The translations under genes and the position numbers were made by a program. 41,950 nucleotides of DNA from a virus. Lineage: Duplodnaviria > Caudoviricetes. The stretch lies in IMG/VR virus record IMGVR_UViG_3300048853_000049, positions 1 through 41,950 of that record. One strand, given 5' to 3'. Shown in pieces: positions 7,771-14,518 of this stretch. The notes below the pieces were generated by a model that made no database searches, was not told the origin of the DNA, and saw only the letters and a program-made list of their open reading frames with translations. Position 1 is the first letter of the stretch. Each line of letters begins with the position of its first letter.

Positions 7771-8748
7771 CTAGAGCAGGCGTGCACGACGCCGGCCAAT
7801 GCTGCATTCGATGAAAGTGCCAAAGCGACCTTGTTTGCTCTGGTACTCCGCAGCGAAAGCCTGGTCTTTTGATGCCAGATACCTAGCCATGCCGTGCGAC
7901 CGGCCCATGGACGCCTCCGACAAATAGAGGCACATTCTATTTGAGGGAGGCCGCCGGCTTGGGCCGGTAAACGTCATCGAGTAATCGATCAATGTCGCGC
8001 CGAAATCATCTGTATATAGCTGGTCTGCCTCGAGGCTGGATTTTGTAACATTGGCGTAACCCAGTAGATCCAACATGTTGAACATACAAGGTGAGTCTGT
8101 GCCGCCGCGAGTCTCACCGGGTTGGGTTACCCAATGGAGAAAACTCATGCCACCTGCCGAACGATGTCTTGCGGAGGCACCGGCCGAAACCAACTTCTTG
8201 ACGATCGACCGAACCGCTAGATCATCAATTATACAGAACCGCATTAATTGAACCAATACAGGCATGTCTCGCCAATCTCTATTGTTGGCACCGATTGCAT
8301 TTGGGTCAAGGCCGCCCGCTATGAGCGTGTCGAATATGTTTATCGCGGGAGCCACATTCCGGTGTTGCGTAGCATATATGTTCAGTATCATCACTGACAG
8401 TGGAACGGAGTCCGAGTCCCGTCTAACGTTTGGATCGCCCCCCTCCCTGACGAGCACTTCAAAAGCGTCACGGAAGTCGGCGGTCGCTGCACAGCCAAAG
8501 TAAGTGTACCCGCCGCAATAGTGCGTTTTTCGATTTGGGTTAGCCTGAGGAAGGGCAAGATAACGCTCTAGTGTCCTCAGTTGGTGGTTGCCAATTGCTT
8601 TCGCGATCTGGCAATCGGTTTGTTGTTCGAGGTCGACTATTGGGCAAGTCGCGGGGACAATCGGCAAATCGGCGGCTTGTGAGAATGCAACTGTTACTGC
8701 CCCGCTAGTAAACATTATCGCGATCAGTTTCCCCAGGATCCGCAACAT
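7771..8748 (-). CDS. Exported ankyrin-repeat-like protein
   Basis: N-terminal signal peptide; repeated LV.EGGDPN, LIAGGLDPN, LVSAGAS..G.SFLHW; visibly AT-richer than the phage core. Confidence 0.65.
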   Translation of the reverse strand: MLRILGKLIAIMFTSGAVTVAFSQAADLPIVPATCPIVDLEQQTDCQIAKAIGNHQLRTLERYLALPQANPNRKTHYCGGYTYFGCAATADFRDAFEVLVREGGDPNVRRDSDSVPLSVMILNIYATQHRNVAPAINIFDTLIAGGLDPNAIGANNRDWRDMPVLVQLMRFCIIDDLAVRSIVKKLVSAGASARHRSAGGMSFLHWVTQPGETRGGTDSPCMFNMLDLLGYANVTKSSLEADQLYTDDFGATLIDYSMTFTGPSRRPPSNRMCLYLSEASMGRSHGMARYLASKDQAFAAEYQSKQGRFGTFIECSIGRRRARLL

Positions 8749-8881
8749 ACAATTGCCCCTCTATTTGGTTGATCGCTAATTTAGGTCCCACAAAGAGTGT
8801 TTGTAAAGTCGCTGTTCGGCACAAGGCCCCTGCGTGATCAAGGCAACGTCGAGTGTCAGATAGTTGACTGAGTTCTTAATT

Positions 8882-8990
8882 TTGCCTGGTTCTCAACAAT
8901 GCGATCGACGCGTAGCGCCATGTTGTCGACGACGTCCTTTACTCCGCCGATCGCCGCCATAACCTGCTCGGTGGTCTCGCGCAGGGCCGT
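8882..8990 (-). pseudogene. Remnant 3' half of a homologue of the last lysis-cassette gene
   Basis: Translates TALRETTEQVMAAIGGVKDVVDNMALRVDRIVENQA, aligning with KAGMQEQTAQIMRAIEGVGNRIDAFGERLDRVFEQR of 10700-10984. Confidence 0.55.
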
Positions 8991-9106
8991 GCGCGTGGCG
9001 CAGGCGATTGGCGCGGTGAATTTCGACTACCTTGCGAGGCTCGAAGTGAGCGGGCAACTGCCAGTCGTCTGTTGACGACTGCACGTCCGAAACACGTAAA
9101 TGATTG

Positions 9107-9565
9107 CTACTTGAAAGAAACCTCTGAGGTCCAGTAAAGCTGACCGTCGGGCGCTTCAAACTCCCAGAAGCCTATCGTGTCGTCTGGTGAGTCACTCAAT
9201 TGGATGAGTCGTTTTTGGCCAGTGAGCCGGACCTTCATCCCCGGCGTGACCCATTTGCATTTGTATGGATCCATCAGTCGTTCGCTTTCAGCGGCATCAC
9301 CTCCGCTAAGTGCACGAAACGACGCCCCTATGATATCGGGATCGGCGCAAACACGCACCTTCGCTGCAATGGTGCCAGTCGTATCCGGCGTCAGATTGGA
9401 ACTCTCCCCCGCGAGTTCAGCGTACGAGTCGACGGCGTTTGGAGAGGCGCTTTCGACGGATGCGTTTGCGCGGGGACTCTCAGCGTCTGGTCCTGAGGTA
9501 AAGTACCAATATGCGCCGACCAACAACAGCGCCCCGAATACGACTTTGTAGTCCTGCCCAGCCAC
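9107..9565 (-). CDS. Membrane-anchored hypothetical protein
   Basis: GAGGGAGG SD before GTG 9565; N-terminal TM VVFGALLLVGAYWYF; Ser/Ala linker and Cys pair. Confidence 0.7.
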   Translation of the reverse strand: MAGQDYKVVFGALLLVGAYWYFTSGPDAESPRANASVESASPNAVDSYAELAGESSNLTPDTTGTIAAKVRVCADPDIIGASFRALSGGDAAESERLMDPYKCKWVTPGMKVRLTGQKRLIQLSDSPDDTIGFWEFEAPDGQLYWTSEVSFK

Positions 9566-9681
9566 CGATGATCCTCCCTCAAAATGCAACAACTAGATAG
9601 CGAAAAGCTGTCGCCACCGCCAGTGGGCCAGTCGTCGTAAGGCTGCTTCCATTTGCGCGGCGGCCGAGTGCAGCAGAAAAC

Positions 9682-9716
9682 AAAAAAGGCCCGCCACCGA
9701 TTAAGGTAGCGGGCCT
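9682..9716 (-). terminator. Intrinsic terminator
   Basis: AGGCCCGC...GCGGGCCT stem followed by T6 on the minus strand. Confidence 0.7.
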
Positions 9717-9890
9717 AATGGGCGCGACACCGCAGCATTGGCCGCGCTGGTGGTTTGTTTTTATGATCTTGTGGAACGGCCTGCGGCGGCTGGGCCTGTC
9801 TTTTTCTGAGATGGATGGGGAGTAGCGCGTTTGCACCTTGCAAGTGGCGAGATCGGCGTTTTACATTCTGTGCGTATTAGGGGACCAGCC

Positions 9891-10067
9891 ATGTCGAAGC
9901 CAGACAACAAAACGATCAAGCCAACCGACACGCGCCTGCCGCAGATCAATGAGGAAAGAATCGAGAAGTCGCTCACCACGAGCTATCTCGACAATAAACT
10001 ATCTGGTGCTGGCGCGCCCAAACCGGGTTCTGGCGGATCTGGTGGGAAAGACAAGAGTTCAGGCTGA
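9891..10067 (+). CDS. Small protein (58 aa) with G/S/K/P-rich tail
   Basis: AGGGGA SD; TTGCAA-N18-TACATT upstream; next gene starts 2 nt after the stop. Confidence 0.55.
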   Translation: MSKPDNKTIKPTDTRLPQINEERIEKSLTTSYLDNKLSGAGAPKPGSGGSGGKDKSSG

Positions 10068-10069
10068 TC

Positions 10070-10561
10070 GTGGCCGATTCTGCGTGGACCTGGGCGGGTG
10101 TGCTGGGTATTGCCGCGGACTTAGCTACCATTGCGGCACTGGCGTACGCAGGGTATCAGGTACGCCGAGCAAGAATTACAGCATCTTCATCTGCCGCCGT
10201 AACCGTCTTCTCAAACATCAAACGTGAGATTGATAAAGTAGCAGAGACAGATGAAGACGGCCTGTATACCGCCACCTGCGGCCTTTTAAATGAAATCGAA
10301 GTCTCATGCGCGATTTATCTTGACGGTCAATTCGGTGGCAACACCGGTAAAATCGCAACAAGATTCATGATGGATATTCTCGCATCGATCGAGAACAACG
10401 ATAGGCTCCTAGCCTGTGCGGCCCGAGCAATTCACAGCGATGACACGTTCGACTGCATACGACAATTTTGCACGAAACATAAGCACGACTGGAAGGCGCT
10501 CACGGCGCCTTCCGTCGAACGCGAACGCCCCACATTGATAGATCACGCGCAAAACTGTTGA
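10070..10561 (+). CDS. Single-pass membrane hypothetical protein (163 aa)
   Basis: N-terminal TM ending AYAGYQVRR, then a helical domain. Confidence 0.7.
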   Translation: MADSAWTWAGVLGIAADLATIAALAYAGYQVRRARITASSSAAVTVFSNIKREIDKVAETDEDGLYTATCGLLNEIEVSCAIYLDGQFGGNTGKIATRFMMDILASIENNDRLLACAARAIHSDDTFDCIRQFCTKHKHDWKALTAPSVERERPTLIDHAQNC

Positions 10562-10699
10562 TCGTCGCGTCAAAGGAAACTGCTCGTCCTGAACACGGCG
10601 GTTGGCGGGGAACAATCGGGACCGCCCCAGGCGGGCGCTGGAAGCGCAGTTGTCCACATCGGATTGTCCTTTCGAGTCGATCTAGTGGAAGCACCGATT

Positions 10700-10984
10700 C
10701 TACCCTGCCCGCCTACCCGACGTGCGCTGCTCGAAAACCCTGTCTAGTCGCTCCCCGAAAGCGTCGATTCGATTGCCGACACCCTCGATCGCGCGCATAA
10801 TTTGCGCGGTCTGCTCCTGCATTCCCGCCTTCGTGACGTAGGATTCGGCAACATGCAAACGATGAGCAGATAGCTCATCGCGTACCGCTCCTATTTTTCC
10901 GTCGACAAACTTCCACACGCCGAAGATCGCGCCGAACACACCGACGAAGAAACCGACGGCATACATAATCTCGGCGCCGGTCAC
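10700..10984 (-). CDS. Lysis-cassette membrane protein (one TM plus coiled coil)
   Basis: GTGA coupling to the o-spanin; TM AVGFFVGVFGAIFGVW. Confidence 0.7.
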   Translation of the reverse strand: MTGAEIMYAVGFFVGVFGAIFGVWKFVDGKIGAVRDELSAHRLHVAESYVTKAGMQEQTAQIMRAIEGVGNRIDAFGERLDRVFEQRTSGRRAG

Positions 10985-11172
10985 GGCTTCACCCCGCAAA
11001 GCTTCTCCAGCTTGGAGTTCTCCGCCAGGATCTGGCGCTTGGTTCCTTCCGTCATCTTGTCTTCGACGGACGGCCGAACGGCGCGCGCAATGTCGCAGTA
11101 GTTACCCTGCGTCACGCAGCCACTTAGAGATAGCGCGATCAACGTCGCCATCCCCCATGTTTTGAACTTCAT
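10981..11172 (-). CDS. o-spanin (Rz1-like lipoprotein)
   Basis: Lipobox LSG-C; overlaps the i-spanin 3' end in another frame. Confidence 0.75.
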   Translation of the reverse strand: MKFKTWGMATLIALSLSGCVTQGNYCDIARAVRPSVEDKMTEGTKRQILAENSKLEKLCGVKP

Positions 11173-11350
11173 CTTCGACGCCCCTCGCCTGTTTTATAGC
11201 TTTTGCGTTTGCCTTAGCCTGCTCCGCCTTGGCATCAGCCTTGCCGCTGGAGCGTCCGTAAAAGAAAGCGCCCGCGACGATCGCGAGCGCAACGCTGGCA
11301 GTTGTTAGCCAGCCAGAAAAACGGGACCAGATTGCCGCCAATAAGATCAC
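11102..11350 (-). CDS. i-spanin (Rz-like)
   Basis: GTG coupled to the holin stop; N-terminal TM then an Ala/Lys-rich helix. Confidence 0.7.
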   Translation of the reverse strand: MILLAAIWSRFSGWLTTASVALAIVAGAFFYGRSSGKADAKAEQAKANAKAIKQARGVEDEVQNMGDGDVDRAISKWLRDAG

Positions 11351-11547
11351 GTCGGCCGCCCCATCTTCTTGGCCCACTGCCACCACGCGACGGGAACGGC
11401 GCCGATAGCTGCAACAATGCCCGCCTCGATAGAGGCTGCGATGGCCGGATCGTCGGTGATGAGCGACTTTACCTCTTCGCCGATGTAGCCGGAGCCGTAA
11501 AGCCACCCCGCGACCATGTAGAGCGCAATGCGAATCCAGACGGTCAT
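11347..11547 (-). CDS. Putative holin (2 TM)
   Basis: 66 aa, two hydrophobic segments, basic C-terminus; lies between endolysin and spanins. Confidence 0.7.
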   Translation of the reverse strand: MTVWIRIALYMVAGWLYGSGYIGEEVKSLITDDPAIAASIEAGIVAAIGAVPVAWWQWAKKMGRPT

Positions 11548-12183
11548 TTCTTGCCCCCCTTGATGAGCGCTAGCAGGAAGCGGCCGAGTGCAGCCCAGAA
11601 GCCGCCGGAGGCCGGAACAACGGCGCGCGTGCCGTAGTCGCCCGCCTTCAGCGCCGCCTCGAACACGGCGGCGTGTCCGGCGATCGTCTTGGCCTTATCC
11701 GTGCCGTTGATGATCCTGCGCGCCGACGTAATCGGCCTTGTCGCCGACGATGTAATCAGCAAGCCGTTTGCCGGTGAACCATCCTGCGGCCATGCCTTCA
11801 AACATGATTTTGGCCGCGATGTCCTGCCGCATGGCGAGATTGAAATTGCGCAGCAGCGCGCCTTTCAGGCCAAGCTCCTTATCTGCGCGCTCGTAGTTCG
11901 AGTCCCACGTCAGCTGGACATAGCCGCGCCCGTAGGGAACCTGCCCGTACTTACCTTTGACGCCGTACTTGCGGCCAGCGCCCTTGCCGTACTCGGCGAT
12001 CGGCTGCATCGTTCTGGCCGTCTCGAGAAAGGCGGTTGCAAGCATATAGGCCAGGTGCTTCAGAGGGGTGCCGCGGCGCTCTGCCTCGTCAAGAATTGCG
12101 TCGATGCCCCTCACCTGTGCGTCGGACATCTTTCCGGCGAACAGGGGTGAGCGCACCGACGCGAAGAATTTCGCGCGGTCCAT
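11544..12183 (-). pseudogene. GH19-like endolysin, frameshifted at the (GC)3 run 11718-11723
   Basis: LAYMLATAFLET, YGRGYVQLTW..NY in one frame; RRIINGTD...FEAAL in another; +2 nt gives 213 aa. Confidence 0.85.
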
Positions 12184-12379
12184 AGTGTCTCCTGCGATGT
12201 GGTGGTGGTTAGTGGCGCGGGTGGCCACGCATAAAGGCGCGCCCACGTTCTGAGGTGGCTTTCACTGTCATGATGTCCTCGCAGGGACCGCAGCGGCGCG
12301 CGTGCGGGCAACTACTGGTGCGGCTCGACTTTCGGTTGAGAGTCTGATTCACTCATCAATGGGAAACGGAGAGATTCGG

Positions 12380-12751
12380 ATGAGTGATATTGAGAACGCC
12401 CTTGCGAGCGCATTGAAAAGAATAGAGGCGCTCGAAGCGCACGTGCAGCGCCTAGAAGAGGCGCGCAAACGCGAGCAAGTCGGCTTTTGGCACCTAGCGC
12501 TCATGCGCTTGGCAAACCAGGACATGATCAGAGGCGTCTTCCACACCGAGATACTGCGTTCAGCGGGACTACTGGCGAATGCGCCATTTGGCGACATCGA
12601 AGCCAAGGCCAAAGCTCGCTTCGTCGATGCCCCTGGTTACAATCTAGAACCGCGGCTTGCCGACCTGAACTTGCAGGCTGTGGTGAGTGAAATGCACGGC
12701 GATTATAAATCCCCAGATGATTTCAATCCCAAGCTCAGGGACCAAGATTAA
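12380..12751 (+). CDS. Antisense moron, hypothetical protein with N-terminal coiled coil
   Basis: GGAGAG SD; LKRIEALEAHVQRLEE. Confidence 0.6.
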   Translation: MSDIENALASALKRIEALEAHVQRLEEARKREQVGFWHLALMRLANQDMIRGVFHTEILRSAGLLANAPFGDIEAKAKARFVDAPGYNLEPRLADLNLQAVVSEMHGDYKSPDDFNPKLRDQD

Positions 12752-12944
12752 GCGGGATTCCGCGCCGCGTTGCCTCGTTCATGGCGATGGGAAACCACTT
12801 GTCGTGAAGCCGTCGCGGAGCATCTGACCGGAAGCTCGCGATCTCCGTCGCGACTTCCTCATCGGTCCATGCGGCGATAGCTACTGCAATTTCTTTGCAT
12901 TTGCGGCCATTCAAGGCACGCGGTGACGTGGTCGTGATGGTCAT
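12735..12944 (-). CDS. Small hypothetical protein (69 aa, MTITTTSPR...)
   Basis: AAGGA SD immediately after the terminator. Confidence 0.4.
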   Translation of the reverse strand: MTITTTSPRALNGRKCKEIAVAIAAWTDEEVATEIASFRSDAPRRLHDKWFPIAMNEATRRGIPLNLGP

Positions 12945-12957
12945 TTGGATTCCTTGG

Positions 12958-12984
12958 AAAAGAAAACCCCGCCGAAGCGGGGCT
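12958..12984 (-). terminator. Intrinsic terminator after the RTX-like gene
   Basis: CCCCGC-TTCG-GCGGGG then TTTTCTTTT. Confidence 0.8.
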
Positions 12985-13005
12985 ATAGGAGTAGTCGCCA
13001 GTCCG

Positions 13006-13818
13006 TCAGAGGACAAAGAAGCCCTTATCGAGCGTCATCACACTGTCGAGGTAAATCGACATGTCGGCAACTTTGTCGCCATTGATGTCGGCATAGATCT
13101 CGGTTCCATACCCAGTCTTCTCATAGCGAAGCTGCCCAGGCCGGCCTGTGAAGTCCAACTCGCCAATGAAGTCGAATGTGTTGTTTGTTCTCGTCGTGTT
13201 GTTGGAGTCTATCGCGGACAGATCGATCTTATCCCCAGCGGTGAAGCCATAGAAAACATCGCGCTCGTAGTCGTTTGCACGGGATTCCTTCACCGAATGA
13301 TAGATGAATGTATCGGTGCCAGAACCACCCGTTAGGAAGTCTTGGTCGCGTCCCCCGTGCAGAATGTCGTTTCCCCGCCCACCGATGAGTGTGTCCCTTC
13401 CAAAATTGCCCTTCAACACATCATTGCCGGCTTGTCCGTTGAAGGTGTCGGAGCCACTGCCGCCACTGAAGGTGTCATGCCCAGTGAGGGCTCGGGCGAT
13501 CAAGGCGGCGTCGTCGTCGATGCTGTAGGTTTCTGCTACCGCAACGATCGATGCTGCTGCGATTGACAATCCCGTGATACTCACCTCGACTCTTCCGTCG
13601 TAGGAGAGCGAATAGCTGGTCACCGTACCGGCGTTAGGAACCCCATCGCCGTCATAGCGAAACCCGCTGCCGCGGAACTCTTCCACCTCGCCCGTATCGT
13701 AACTCGCACGGAAAACCGATGAGTTGCGATAATACGATTCGGCGTAGTAGATGGTGCTAAAATCTGGATAACCGGAGTTGAAATTGTAGATGGAGTTAAT
13801 CGTTATGTTGGCGCCCAT
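13006..13818 (-). CDS. RTX/hemolysin-type calcium-binding protein with serralysin-like C-terminal domain
   Basis: Six tandem GGxGxD-type nonapeptides; GDKIDLSAID, FDFIG..DFTG..GQLRY, DINGDKVAD; no HExxH; GAGAGGG SD. Confidence 0.85.
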   Translation of the reverse strand: MGANITINSIYNFNSGYPDFSTIYYAESYYRNSSVFRASYDTGEVEEFRGSGFRYDGDGVPNAGTVTSYSLSYDGRVEVSITGLSIAAASIVAVAETYSIDDDAALIARALTGHDTFSGGSGSDTFNGQAGNDVLKGNFGRDTLIGGRGNDILHGGRDQDFLTGGSGTDTFIYHSVKESRANDYERDVFYGFTAGDKIDLSAIDSNNTTRTNNTFDFIGELDFTGRPGQLRYEKTGYGTEIYADINGDKVADMSIYLDSVMTLDKGFFVL

Positions 13819-14046
13819 AATACCCTCTCTTGTGGCCGCCACACCGATAACTCATTCTAGGGTTGTCTTCAATCCTGCACCTCATTTCCCCACGTGGAAT
13901 GGCTTCAACACGTCGATGCGGGAATTTCCAGTGTAGCGATTCTACAACTTCCCATCGGTGTAATTAAGCGGACACCAATTCAGGGGTAGCGTCAACGCTC
14001 CATTCGAGATAGGAGGCGAGCCGCGAAAATTCAGAGGTTTCCCACG

Positions 14047-14184
14047 ATGGATATTGAACGCGAGCACCGCGATGACGAGCCAAAGCAAAGCCCTTCAGAA
14101 AGATCAGAGCACGAACGTTTCGACCCATGGGAAGATCAGTTTCGGCGCGACTATCGACCGTCGGACAGAGAATTTGAGTTCTGA
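14047..14184 (+). CDS. Small charged ORF (45 aa, MDIEREHRDD...), not in the track
   Basis: Read manually; AGAGG upstream. Confidence 0.3.
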   Translation: MDIEREHRDDEPKQSPSERSEHERFDPWEDQFRRDYRPSDREFEF

Positions 14185-14206
14185 GCGAACTGAGCAAACA
14201 ACGAGG

Positions 14207-14446
14207 ATGGATTTTAATCCCTCGACTCTTTCATGGGATGAGAACGGAGCTCTTCGTCGCTATTTTCTAGAGGTCGACGGACCTCGCTCAGATAAATACC
14301 TCATAGATCTAGCAACGGTTGACCTTCTCACAACCGAATTCCGCATAGAAGGCATCAACCCCAGGGAATTCCTCGGCCTCCATCACTCCCTACTGCAACT
14401 AAGCGATTCTGCACCGGAAGCAGCTGACCTCTTGCCGCGTGCCTAA
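14207..14446 (+). CDS. Hypothetical protein (79 aa)
   Basis: Internal ATG of track ORF 14054-14446; start uncertain. Confidence 0.4.
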   Translation: MDFNPSTLSWDENGALRRYFLEVDGPRSDKYLIDLATVDLLTTEFRIEGINPREFLGLHHSLLQLSDSAPEAADLLPRA

Positions 14447-14518
14447 ATGAGCTGGGTCCGAAACCTCTGAGAGGCGCAGGAAAAGGGCGTGAGCGCGACC
14501 GAAGCCGCGCCCGTCGCG

